A DNA stretch of 63,872 nt, counting the filler, from Basidioascus undulatus (lineage: Eukaryota): the NCBI GenBank assembly GCA_000826855.1. It is 20 parts of 20 records of this genome, joined end to end, with 100 filler letters (N's around TTAATTAATTAA, not from the genome) between each part and the next. Parts side by side here need not be neighbours in the genome. Positions count along the whole stretch, not along the records: positions 10,956 to 33,544 come from JTLS01000295.1; 19 more parts are not named here. One strand, 5' to 3'. The translations under genes were made by a program, and so were the position numbers. Position 1 is the stretch's first letter. Every line of letters starts with the position of its first letter. The notes beneath the pieces are model-generated. The model worked only from the letters and a program-made list of their open reading frames with translations, had not been told where the DNA came from and made no database searches. Positions 11,964 through 24,865 of this stretch are shown here, one piece after another.

Positions 11964-14354
11964 GTTTTGCGCGTGGGGGTCGAGGGACAGGATGTGCGCT
12001 CATTTTCCGTTACGGGATGCAACGACAGCGGCGAGATGTATTCGTCTGAGGAGGAGCACTATTGAGGGCCTCACCACGGGCCTCCTTCTTCTGCCTCTCT
12101 CTGTGCCACATTACATTCACAAGCGCCCATCCGCGCGCTGCTTTCTTCTCTCTCTGCACTCCAAGTTCTCGCGGACCACTTCCGGATATTCCCCCACCGT
12201 TCTTCTCCCCCGTTGTCCCTCATGTCCATCCCTCGCTTTCCTCACCTCGCATTCGCTTGTCCCCACTTCCACTGCACATATACCTTCCATCAACCTAGTA
12301 CCTAGCACCTTCATTTGCCCATTCGTTACCCCCTCCCCCCCAAACTTACCATGCCGTCGTTCGATACCTCCTTCCTGTCCAATTACCCGTCCGTTCGCTC
12401 GCATACTGCTGTTGCTGCCATTTTCTTGAAAACTGTTGAGTATAGCATAATCATCTGCGTTTAGCTTTTATTCGTCCTAACCCGCATACACTCGCTTCGC
12501 CTTTGTAGCTCAGGTCTGAGACTGGTTGCGATGGGAGAATGTGCCAGCGAGGTAAAAGGCGGTTATCGGCTACTTCGGGCTACTTTGATTATTCTACGGC
12601 TCGCGTTGCGTTCGCAACTCCAGCAGCCTGGTGCAGCCGTCCTAGCCTAGTGGATTATCTTGTTCTCACGGCTTCCCTGTTGCGTGCTGTCAAGGCTGCC
12701 AGTGACATCCGCAACTTTCACCACCTGCTCCGTGTCGCGTGCCGCTGCTGCGTCGAGCTGCGTTCTATGCAGAATTTCTATATTCAAATTTCTCACGACG
12801 GGATCAACGGACAATGACGACTTGTTTGTAGCTATTGAGAAAAGGGCGGGGGAGGGGCGATATAGGGTCGATATAGGGTAGAGGAACATACCCACAGTCC
12901 ATCAGATCTTGCCCCACCCCAGGCCAGCTTCACCACCAACACCACCAGCACATCACAAAACATGCCTCTGTTCCGGCGCCGCGCTGTTGCATCCTCGCCA
13001 GGGTATCCTTTCAAATCTCCCAGTACGTCTTCTTTCCGCCTCTGGACTGCGGACTCGCCGCCCCACTCACCGCATGTTCTGACGTCCACTAGTTCCAGCC
13101 TCATACTGCCAGCATACTATCACCATTACAACCGTTCAGAAGGAGAGCTTCATGTGCCGCATGTGTCGCATGCTCGGGCTACCAGACAAGGAGGAGAGGA
13201 AGCTGCTACGCCGGCGGAGGAGGGAGAGGTTCAGGAGCGCGCCGAGGGGGACGGTTTTCTGAGGATGCGGACGATATCTTAATGATAAATGTGTTTCGTG
13301 TCGGGAAGATTCCGTAAATGGCGATACGAGAGCGTCAGATCAACTGCAAAAATGTCCTGGGTGGGACTCACGCTCACGACAGTGTGCCAGGCTGGGACGG
13401 TTCCGTGACATGCCTGTTGATGCCTGTAACTAACTATGAGACTGTCGTCCCGCATACAACCCGAATTCGATGGATTTAGCTACCAACGAAGAGAGAGCTT
13501 TTGTTTACATCTGAGTTGCTGGAGAACACTCACAGAGACAGGCGAAAGCAGACAGGGTCTGACGCTGAGTGTGGTGTTGCTCGCAGTTGACAAGCAACCA
13601 ATGGTCCAACAGCGGATAATCATGTCAAATATGTGTATCTTAAGAGATTCCTATTTTCTGAATGAATGCAAAGTTTCAGTGCCATCTTTTCAGTCAGCAC
13701 AATAGTGGTGCCAGTGGGTGACTTGCGACAAACCTGCTGGTCAGGCCTGCCTGTCCTGAACGACTTCCAAGATTGTCGCAGGCTCTCAGTGAAAGTAGCC
13801 TTGTAAATTTGGAGCATGTACTTACGTGCCCTCCCTGTCCACCTTCACGCATTTTGCCGTCGTTTGGCGTCTGTCCTCGTCCAGACATCACCTGACCGTG
13901 CCACTCATGTTCCACGTCAAACCAGGGCCGTGCCGCCTTGGCCTCAGACCACTCCTTCGTTCGTTTGCGGACCTGGACTAACCACGCGTTGTACATCTCC
14001 GAGCTGCGGCACGCCTGCCCCTCCATCCATCTTACCATCATCAGCAATCTTCAGTGCTGCTCACGTTTCCATTTCCTCTGCTCATCTTCGCGCTCATACG
14101 TCACTACGCTCACTCAAGACATATTTCCCTCTTTTCAACTTCACAATCACCTGCTTTCAATCGAACTGAATGAGCCTACCCTTCCCGTGCGCTCCCCCTG
14201 CGGACCCGGTGGGGCCGACAATGGGGGGCAAGGAGAACGGAGAACTCCCGGGGGAAGAGGACGATGCAAATCCTGGTGAGCTGGACTTGGCTGCTTCCTG
14301 AACACATTAATGCGCGGACTCAACGGACATTCCTGTCTCCAAGGTCTCTGCTCA

Positions 14355-16180
14355 GCAGGATCGACCGATTGCTATACATCCATCCCCCAACGCGCCTTGC
14401 GCTCGAAGCGCTCTTCTCAACTACGCACTCCTTCCCCACTCCCGCCTCTCCTCCCGTCGCCGTCTTTCCTCGCCACCCCACCGCCTGAACCTCGGCTTGC
14501 CAAACGGTCCAGCATCATCCCCTTGCCGACGCGCAGGAGTCCCCCACCGTCGCCTACCGACGAGAACAGGCGCAAGGGGCGCACTCTGCTGGACGAGGCG
14601 ATGCACATGATTGCGCATCTGCTGGATGAGGTGCGTGAAGATGGCGAGATGGGAGATGGAGGCCGCTGTTGACATTTACGGGAGCGGCGTCCAGGTGGAG
14701 GAAAGCGGAAGGACGGTCGAAAGCTTGAAAAAGCGGTTGCGGGTGAAGGAGGCCGCTGTGGCCCGGGCGCGAGACGAGGGGGAAAGGAGGGCTAGGCGAC
14801 TATCGCTGCTGGCGGGCTCTGCGTCGCCAGTCCGTTTCCATTCTTCGAACACACAGGCAAGCAAGTACTCACTTCAATAAACTCCCAGGCTACACCGGTT
14901 GATGCAGCTCGGCGTGCGAGGCGGGCTTCCTTGCTCGGCGTGCCGGTCAGTCCTCGTCCGTGCGCCGAATCCCAACACTGCATCTAACGCAAGATGGTTT
15001 ACCAACAGGCCTCTCCACGAGCATCCAGCCCCGCTAGATATCCAAGAAATTGCTCATGGCTCATCTTCTCATCTGCCACATCCCCAACGCCGTCCCTTCC
15101 CACCGACCCCAAGCGCGTCCGCCGGTCCTCCCTCAGTTTCAAGTCCGCTTCTCCCGGCGAGCCCGTCGAATCCAGACGACGGCGTTCCTCGCTCACCCTC
15201 ACGCCTTCAACATGTTCATACATGCCTTGCTTCGCTGTGCGTACTGTCTTTCGGTCGCCCAGGCGAATAACAGCTAAAGCGATCCACGCGCAGCCTGTCC
15301 CGCCGTCCTCCCTCCCTCTTTCGCCCCCCTCTTCGCCGCGCTCTTCGCTCCGTCTCTCGTCCAATCCCTCTACTGCGCCGACCTCCCCATTTCCACCGTC
15401 CCCACCGCCTTCAATTGAGAGCGGTACCGAGTCGCACGACACGCAGCGATCTGCGGACGGCGCAGCTCGGGACGACCGCCTCGCGCGGGCGCTCGCAGAT
15501 CTCGAAGCGGAGCGGCGAAAGCGCGCGGAGCTGGAGATCGACATCTCGGCCATCAAGACGGAGCTGAAGCGTGTGAGGAGGGCCTCAACGCTTGGGACTG
15601 TGCTTCACCGGGTGAGCATTCGTTCTGTGCTCAGCAGCTGCAACGAGCAGTGCCCATTGCTTACCTTGAGACTCCTCAGCACCCCGACAAACTTCTCATA
15701 TCAACCCAATCTCACTCGGCGACGCCCTCTCCCACGGGAAACCCGCCTCTATCAGCAGTCAACCCCCTTCTGTCACCGCTGCCAGGCACCGCGGTGCCGA
15801 TGCCGGCCCCAGCGCCGACTTCACGATCATCCTTCCCCGCACCTTCGTCTTCCCCTGCGCCTTCTTCCCCCGCGCCTTCGTCTTCCCCCGCGCCTTCGTC
15901 TTCCCCCGCGCCTTCGTCTTCCCCCGCGCCTTCGTCTTCTTCCTCACCTTCGTCTTCTTCCTCGCGGTGCCAACCCACTTCTATCGGCTGGCTCGACGTG
16001 CTCGATCTCGTCCCGCGCCTCCTCGCCCTCTCGCCGCTCGACCTCGCGCTCGTGTGCCTCACGCTCGCTATGGTAGGCGCGCTGATTGTTCCGATTGGGT
16101 ACCTCGGGGTCGCTTTGGGCTTTGCAGGCGTCGGCTTTGCGGTAGTACGGTGGGGGGAGAACCCAAGCGCTTCGCAGTAA
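14355..16180 (+). CDS. Hypothetical Ser/Pro-rich coiled-coil protein with C-terminal hydrophobic helices; structure uncertain, possibly disrupted
   Basis: Coding-like segments (LARALADLEAERRKRAELEIDISAIKTELKRV; LALVCLTLAMVGALIVPIGYLGVALGFAGVGFAVV) with intervening intron-like sequence; exons not fully resolved. Confidence 0.4.
15835..15942 (+). repeat. 18-bp coding tandem repeat encoding (APSSSP)n, about 6 units
   Basis: cccccgcgccttcgtctt repeated, with one shortened unit. Confidence 0.9.
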
Positions 16181-16713
16181 TTCTCTCCATCAAGGCTTTC
16201 GTAGGAGAGCGCGCTGGCGTCGCTTCATCCCCTTTTTCACTTCATTATATTTCATCCGCTCACCTAGCGTCCACCGCTAGCCACAGTCTCATCGCTTTCC
16301 GTCGCTTATTATTGTCATCGCTCAGCTGTTTCCTGACACTCGCCCTCGTTTCGTTATCGCATGATTCCCTGTCCTCTCACGGACTGCATACATATCTCGC
16401 TGTTGCCTTCACTCCCGTCGCCAAAATTGCATTGCTTGCGCTCGCATGCTTCCCCACGCAACGCCCGCTGCAACGCCCGCTCCTCCTCCGTCGGTGTCTA
16501 CACACGCAACGTGCATCCGCCTCTTCGAACAAGTACGTTAATAGAAGCTGGCTGCTCCACTCCGATAAGAGTGCAAGCAGTTGATCATAATACTTTTATC
16601 ACATTACTTAGCAGGTTCGTTAATGCGAAAGCACAAGAACCGCCCGCTGCTGCGTCTGTCAACCCCTTCCTCCTCCTTCCTCCTCCTTCCTCCTCCCTAC
16701 CTCATCCTGTCGC

Positions 16714-19700
16714 TCAGTCGGTGCTTCTCACGGATCCTCCGCTGTGTTGAGTGCTGGTTGGCTCGAGGCGGAATGAGCCCACGCCAGTCTCTTTGCGCGT
16801 GTTCATGGCTTTGCTGCGCAATGTTGTGGTCCGGGTCATCGAGCGTGTGGGAGACTGCGCGAGCGCAGCTTCCTCTTGGTCGATCTCGTCTTGTTGGCGT
16901 ATGTCGCTCGGCAGTAGTACCTGAAAAGTATAGTAGTTTCAGGAAAGGGGCTGTGGGAGACGTGATCACATCAAAGCAGACGATTAGAGGACGGACAGCG
17001 CGGTCGATTGCCAACGGCAGACCGCGATGCCGGCCTCGTATCATTACGAATACGACAACCAGCTTCGAAAAGGTGCGGAAGTCTCCGGACAGCGAGACGA
17101 GTCCCTGAAGAACAAGCCAGAGATGCTTAGCAGGATGACAGCAGCGGCAAAGAGCAGGCGAGACTAACTGAAGCCGAACCGAGCGAGAGGCCGACCGTGC
17201 CATATGCCGACACAAGCTCGAATATTATGCTCCATATCGTGACATTGGGGAGATCGGGATCGCCGAGATGTGCTCGCTGGTGTGCGATTTCAGTGCCCGA
17301 AAGTAGCCAGGTGTTTTTCAAGACGCAGACTCACCTCGATGATGCAGACTAGCCAGACGGCCAACGCGATCCACCAGATATCAAAGGCGAGCTGTCGACG
17401 TAGGTGGTAGCGGAAGTAGTGCGTGAAGCCTTCGGTAGGTTCATCACCCCACTCGTGATACAATCCAAGAGAGCGAGCCTCGTATACGTTCGATGAGCGC
17501 ACGGAGAGCGCTATCGGGTAGACGGCAATCTGTGGAATGAATAACAGTCCAAAGCCAATACACATAAGAGGCTGTGTCGTAGCTTACAAACATCATGATA
17601 ACGTATAGAACCCTTCGCAGAGGGAATGTTAGCTGAGGCTACACCGAGAAATTGATCGTTGGGCTCACTGGACAGCCGGTGCAAGTTCTGCAACATTCAC
17701 GACAGTGAAGCCAGCCGCTCTCACTGGTAGAAAGGTATTTCAGCGAGATAAGTGATAAATGGACTTCCCGCACGGCGCACCTGCCACAGCCTAAGTTACA
17801 TCCGGGTCATGTCAACCAAAGTGGACTGGTCTGGCTTCGTCGCAGCCCATGCCCACCTGGAAGAATCCAGCAACGATGCGTGTCCCCACTGGGATGGCTT
17901 CAATGGCAGGGTTTCCAATATCGAGAACAAGAAATCCGAGCCAGTCAATGAGGGTGAACAGGCCAAACACGGTCGTGAGGAACCAGGTTTGGTGCGAGGG
18001 GAACAAGCTGAGCCGCGAAAGCCTCAAACCATTTAGAAGCGGGGACTTCAATCAAAGGAGCTCGTAGTTCTGCGACGTACTAGATGAATACTCGTCGTGG
18101 GTGGTCGAGCAGGAACTTCAAGGTTTCGTAAGCTCTTGAAGAGCGGGGAACGAGCTTGCTGCCGATCCAGCTTGAGAATTAAGAGTCAAGGGTAAGCTGC
18201 AGCACGCAGCGATGTCCATGGGACTTCGAAACGGGAAGACGCACATGATGAGGCGCAGCAGCGGGGCGTACATTGTGTTCCCGGCAAGGATTAGAACTGT
18301 TTTGAATACGTTATTCAAATCCCCGTCCCCAGGACCTAAAAATGCAACCTTACCTGCTATGGTCAATACCATGAGGTACGCTCGTTGGAATGGGACGAGA
18401 GAAGCGTCGACAAGGCTCTGCCCACTGCACAAGACCTCTCTGTCTTGTCAGATACCTCTCGGAAGAAGGTCATCATCGGGAGACGCGCGTGTTTGTAAAC
18501 CCGCTTGTGACCTGGAATGCTGCAAACCTGGAAGTTGGATGTCATGTACTAAGGACCCGTGGACTGCACAATCCCTCGCAAGCTGCTCACCAAGTCGGAT
18601 CCACTTTGGGGTTCTCAGATTTAACCGTCCCACGTACGTCGTGGTTGTAGTTCGAGTACGGGGCCAAAATGGTGAAGCCGATCAGTTGTAATCCGACGTA
18701 GTACTGCTCCACCCGGTTTCGTCAGCTGCTCAGACTGCCTGACAGGTTGATTGCTCACCCCAACAACGATGAAGCTAAGAAGACCGAGAGCACGGTACTC
18801 GACTCCTCCGAGCTCTTCCTTCTCTTCTTCTGTAAGCCCCTCAAATACGCTATTCCGTCCCACCACGGCATCGAAGCTTAGGTACGGGACCTCCCGCACC
18901 CCCTCGCGATCGAGAGTGCTCCGACGAGGCAGGTGCTGAGACGCGAGGGTCTCTGTTCGGGGCATAGTGAAGGAACGCGATAGTCGGCGATGAAGATGGG
19001 GAGCAGCGACTTTTCCGATATGCGCAAATATGTGGAAGGGTGTCGGAAACCCGCCAAGATCACGATCGCGCGTCGAGTCGGGCATTGTCGAGTGACGTCG
19101 GCGAGAGGCAGTACAAGACTGTGGATCGGCGGACAGGGATGAGCTGAGAGGACAGGTCTTCTCCGGCGAGGCGGTGGACCGGTAAGTAGAGGCTGTAGGC
19201 AGCCTTTCAGCTGACAATTCCCGGCCAATTTGAAGAAACAGCTGTGAGGCAGAAACGCACGTAGTTCATGCTGGACCTGGAGCGTCGTGGACGACGAGTT
19301 TTGAAAGGTCCGATGCCCCGTGTCGTTTGGACGCACACCTCCCTCCTGCTCCCGTTCCCAACCCTCCTCCGCCCCTCCCACCTCCCTGAGCATTGCCCGA
19401 AAAATTCGAATACCAACTCGTCATTGTGTCAGGACTTTCACTGCGACACGAAGACCACGCGCACCCTGTCATGGACCCCCTCGGAGCCAGCCCATTCACC
19501 ACAGCCGGGTCGCTTGTTCGACGAATCTGGCTAGCCCGTATGCACCTCGACTTTCTTGAAGTGGCGCTCGGCCGCTGATCTTCCGCCATGCAGCGAGCTC
19601 GTTGCTGCCGAACAATCGCGCGGAATCGACGGCGAAAGAAGTATCTATTCCCTCCGACCAGTCAGACTCCGATGACTGTTAAATCACTCTTACAACAAAC

Positions 19701-20115
19701 CGGCGGGTGAGAAGTATGAGGACAGAGACGCCATGGGGAGAACCGATGATCATGAGAAAGTATAGGATCGCCTGCTGGAAACCTGTGCTCGAGTCGACCT
19801 AAGGACACATTCGCAGACGATGCTCAAGCAACAATGGGACGCACCGGCAAGGGTCGACACCCGCACTGTGACCAGCCCGGTCACCGTTTGGGAGCTCGCG
19901 CAGAGGAACAAGGAGTCAATATAAGACACTCCGCCCCAAGCGTAAAGCACAGCAGATGCCAGGGGCGGTATGGTGAGGAAGGCGAGTACATGGAGCCTGA
20001 AGATGCATAGTTCAGTCCTCACAAGCCTCACCGCATTACCTCTCCTTACTCCTTACCGGAAGAAGTTGAGGTGCGCCGACAGGAAGTGCCTCGCCTTTTT
20101 TGTGGATAACATCAT
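16714..20115 (-). CDS. Trk-family potassium transporter (paralog A), complete, many introns
   Basis: MMLSTKKARHFLSAHLNFFR|LHVLAF..YIDSLFLCASSQTVTGL; YLSFDAVVGRNSVF..LGGVEYRAL; FQVTSGFTNTGQSLVDAS; AVAVRAAGF; VRSSNVYEARSLG; FELVSAYGTVGLSLG; RGRHRGLPLAIDRAV; stop TGA 16714. Confidence 0.93.
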
Positions 20116-20959
20116 GGCAGATACCACGCGCATGAAGTGCAGGCCTGCTGCATTACAGCCACCTCTCGAAGCGAACGGATGACGGTAGAGCGTTGATTTC
20201 CAGGGCTCTGGTAAGGCAGAGCAGAGCTTCGTATTTAAAGAGTCTCGCCACCGGCGATTTCAGCATTCCATGCTTTACAAAAGGCAGGAAATGAATGCAG
20301 GTTTACGATGTCGTTGGAGTTGTCGACCGCTGTGGAGAGAATCACCTCGCAGCTTTTACCTGGCGGTGACAAACATACCTCGCTCTCCGTGGGAACAGCT
20401 TTAATATACTTTGAATACAGCGGGAACTGATACAAACTTCACGTAATGTAGGAAGTATCCCAAAACACAGACATAGATGGATCGTGCACGTTATGGTGTC
20501 GAGGGGCGGCCGGCCGCAGGTCGGGATCCGCCTGTCAGACTTGGGCAGAGCCGCTCGCTTTCCACCGTGCCCTGTGCTCCAACATCACCCTACTCATTTG
20601 AAGTTCACTTTAAATAGGTACAAAGACAGAGTCTCTCTGAAACTGGCGACTTTGGTGGGGACAAGCGGCCATGCGGTCTTTTTGCTGCTGGACCACAGCC
20701 ACTGTGGCCCGCGCTGGGGGAGGGCCTTTGCCCTAGTAAGCGCGTCAACTTGTCGTTTCGACACCTTCTTTCGAAACCCAAGGGCTTCTGGTTGCTCTCG
20801 GACGTTGTCGGAAGAGTACATGCGGCGCTTCAATACTATACGCGGCCTTCGCGTGCTCATGCCGTTAATTTTGTGGCTCAGACGGATCGTTTCTGGCCTC
20901 CTACCTGCTCTTGCACTACTAACCGTTCCCTCCGGATCGCTTCGCTTTCATCATCCACC
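20116..20959. promoter_or_regulatory. Putative shared divergent promoter region between the two TRK genes
   Basis: 844-bp AT-richer gap between two opposing start codons. Position only; no specific motif identified. Confidence 0.5.
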
Positions 20960-23900
20960 ATGTCGCCGCTCTCGAAATGGGCTCGAAAGCTGAATTTCAT
21001 ACGAATCCACATCATCTACTTTGTACTCGGCCCACTCGTCGCCTCCGTGATCTTCTACCTCTTGAACGGCTCAAACCAAATCTCTTTCGTGGATGGGTTG
21101 TTCCTCTGCGCGAGCTGCATGGCATGCTGCGGGCTCGTGACTGTCAACATAGGGAGCGAGCTTACAGGTGACATTTACTGCCTGTTCTGCAAAACGGAGC
21201 ATTGCTGATCTTCGACGGCATGGATGAAACAGTCGCGCAGCAGGTTCGTCCGCCTGCGCCGTTCTGTACGGAAGACACCATTAACCGCCAGGGGCAGATT
21301 GTTCTCTATATTTTGATGATCCTTGGATCACAGTCGGGAGTCTCAATCGTAACGATCTTGATCCGACAGTGCGGCCTCTCCCTCTCATTTTCCGAGGAGC
21401 ACGCTAATTGGAAGGAGCGAGCAAGATACTACTTCCGGAAGCGCTTCAAGGCCATCCTGCGACCTTCGGATCAGGAGTCGGTTGCTTCGGCCCCCTCCAT
21501 CGAGGCCAAAGCGCCGCGGCAGCCGAGGCAGCCGATTAAGCCAGAACTCATCAGGCGGGTCGAAGGTCCGGCGCTGGTGAACCAGATGCACCCCTCAGGG
21601 CGAATTTCAAGGTATTTAGGGCTTTTTGCCCTCACAAACCTCCGGATTGGCTCCTTGCTGACCTGGAACAATACGCATTCAAGCCAGCTCCCAGCGAAGC
21701 GGAGCTACGCCGTTGAGGAGATGGGCACCCCTCAACCAGGTACCTCATATGTTACCGGTTGTCCCTATGACGGAAGAGGCTAAAATGTTACGTCTCCCTT
21801 CCAGACGCACCGACCGCCAGCCATGTGCACCGGACACCCACGATTGGCTTCGCCGACCCTCCAGCGACGGTGCGGATACCCCGCCAGATGTCGCGTTCTT
21901 CCACGCATCACTGTGCGTCAGGTTTACCCCGTAACACATAATCTGAAGCACAGAACACTGACAGTCTTGAATGATCAGCCGTCCAACGCTCTCCCACCAT
22001 TCGCAGTCGCGAGCGAGGCATGGGCGGCTTCCCCCTGCCGCCGACCCTGCTCGCTCGGCTGGTCCGCCGCGTCTGGCCCGAAGGTCACGCCCGCTTCCAG
22101 CGCACCCTCACCGTGACCTCCGAACCTGGGCGCGGCGTACCTTTTGACGTGGTGGTTGGACGGAACTCGGCATTCGAGGGCTTAACGGAAGAGCAACGAG
22201 AGGAGCTCGGTGGCGTTGAGTATCGAGCACTGAAGACATTGAGCTACATCGTTTTGGCAGTGCGTATGAGCTCATGACGAATATTCCACGGGATCGAAAC
22301 CTGAAATTTACACCCTCGCAGTATTTTATCTGCTGTCAGCTCATCGGCTGGGCGGTCATGGCTCCGTACTCTACATACGTGCCGAGCATTCGACAGACCA
22401 TCGATGAGCAGGCGGGCACAACCCTCAGTCCAATATGGTGTGTCGAACATCTCTATCATCGTGTTGTTAGTGCATTAAGATCTTCTTGACCAGGTTCTCG
22501 CTCTTTCAGAGCACCTCCGCATTTCTTAACCTCGGGGGCTCCCTCATCGATGCATCGCTCTCGGCCTTCCAAACTGGCTGGGCGATCATCTTCCCATGCG
22601 CTGCGTTGATTCTGTACGTTCTTCTCTATCAGTTCCATAGTGACGCCGACCCATGTTGACGTGCTTTATGGACAGGGCGGGCAACACAATGTTCCCGATC
22701 ATGCTTCGGTTCATCATGTGAGTGCGGGTGCGGCGGCATTGGGAACAAACGATGGACGACTGAGCTGGGAACATCCACAGTTGGCTGACTTCGAGAGTCA
22801 TACCGGACGATTCCCGCACGTCCGAGACGCTGCACTTCCTTCTTGACCATCCGAGACGGTGCTACATTTAGTAAGTATCTCCTGTCGACGTCTCCTGAAA
22901 CGAACATAACTAAGGATCTGCACACAGCCTATTTCCCTCCCGCCAGACATGGTGGCTCCTCTTCACCGTGCTTGCGCTCACGTACAGCCTCATCCTCTCT
23001 CTGCTCATCCACCTGAAGACCCTTGCTTATCCACGCCCCAATATCGGAAACTTCCCACAGCCTCATCGACTGGCTGTCCTTCCTCGTCCTCGACCGCGGC
23101 CTGCCCGCCTACGAGGCTATGCCCACCGGCGTCCCCGTCGCCGTCGGCTTCGTGCAGGCCGTCGCGGTCCGCTGCGCCGGGTTCGCTGTCACCAACGTCG
23201 TTGCGCTTGCGCCGGCAATGCAAGTCCTGTATGTGGTGATGATGTTTGTACGTGACATCCCCAATTCTCTGGCCCCGTTTTCCGTGCCTGACAGTCCCGG
23301 CTGCGTGGACTAGATCGCCGCATACCCCCTCGCGATGAGTGTGCGGTCTACGAACGTGTACGAGGCGCGCTGTCTGGGTGTGTATGAGGTGGAGGATTCG
23401 GATGAGGAGGAGGAGCCGCGGCATTGGACCGCCTTCTTGGGGTGGCATCTGCGCAAGCAGCTATCTGCGGGTGCGACAGGCTTTTATACGTCGGAGAGAC
23501 CTAAATGGATGCTGACTTTGGGGAGGAGACGAAAACAGATATGTGGTTCCTCGCCGTATCCCTGTGGCTCATTTGCATCATCGAGGTTTGTCTTACGTTG
23601 TTCTGAAGCGAAGACGACTAAAGTGATGTCGCTGAGACTCGGTAACAGCGCGCATCCATCCTTGACCCGGAGCGCAACTACATCAACATCTTCTCAATCA
23701 TTTTCGAGCTGGTAAGCAACTATTTCCACTTTCAGCATGTCATTCTGCACTACGTCTAACAGACAAACAATAGGTCAGTGCCTACGGTATGATCCTTCCG
23801 ACTCTCAGTTACATTGTCTCCTTGTGCTAATCGTCGGCCACTCTTACCAGGCACGATCGGCCTTTCCCTCGGCGTTCCAACCAACACCTACTCCCTCTCC

Positions 23901-24428
23901 GGAGACCTGGGCACACTCTCCAAGTTGCTCATCATAGCAGTCATCCTCCGCGGACGGCATCGTGGCCTGCCGAATGCGATCGACCGTGCCGTGCGTGTTT
24001 CTCTCCTCCCTCCCCCTTTTCCATTCTCCCCCTCTCAAGGCGTTGAACCCGACTGCTTTCCCCCCTCCTTCCAGGTCCTCCTCCCCTCCGAGCTTCGTCG
24101 GCAAGACGCAGTCGACGACGCCGAAGCAGCCGAGCGCAGCTCGCTGCACCTCTCGCTCACGACCGCGCGCACATTCACGCCCGTCACGTCTCCGGCACCG
24201 CTCGAGCGCGAGTGGGACATAACGTCCCCGAGCGCGACGCGGGACTTTGGGCTCGGGCTCGTGCACGAGAAGCCAGAGCGCGAGAGCTTGCTGGCCACGG
24301 AGGAGCTCAGGGAGCGAGAGGAGGAGGAGGAGCGCGGGCGCGTCAATTGGGAGGAGGTACCAATGGAACTCCAAGACGGCAGCAGCGCACCTTCTGGCCG
24401 CCCGACGCAGGGAACCGAGAGTCACTGA
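20960..24428 (+). CDS. Trk-family potassium transporter (paralog B), complete, many introns
   Basis: MSPLSKWARKLNFIRIHIIYF..FVDGLFLCASCMACCGLVTV; VVVGRNSAF..LGGVEYRAL; FQSTSAFLNLGGSLIDAS; AVAVRCAGF; VRSTNVYEARCLG; IFEL|VSAY|GTIGLSLG; RGRHRGLPNAIDRAV; stop TGA 24428. Confidence 0.93.
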
Positions 24429-24799
24429 GAGATTTGCCCCCCACTTTACTTGCACTTTGTCATGAGCACGCCGCATTACACACCTGCACCGCATGGCATT
24501 CACCGCACACAACGTAGACATTACTGGACCCCGCATTTCCCTTTTCCCTGCTTGCTACCACGCTTGATACGACTTTTACGATCTTGCATTTACGGACGAG
24601 ACACGACACGTGACGATTGGTGATATTTGCTTGACATGCTGAACAGCACAGGTTTACTATCGTCCAACTGGAAGCGGCACAGCAGTCCACTGATAACTTC
24701 CTGAGATTGCGTACAGCAAGGATGCGACAAAGTGTTAGCGCATGGGCGCTGATCATCAGAGTAGCCTTGATAGAGCGAGAGTCGCTCAAAGGACGGCCA

Positions 24800-24851
24800 G
24801 CTTGAATTGCAGTAAGATTCAGGCTGCTTGAATTGCAGTAAGATTCAGGCT
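24800..24851. repeat. Perfect 26-bp tandem duplication
   Basis: GCTTGAATTGCAGTAAGATTCAGGCT twice (24800-24825, 24826-24851). Confidence 0.95.
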
Positions 24852-24865
24852 TCTCAGGAAGCTGT

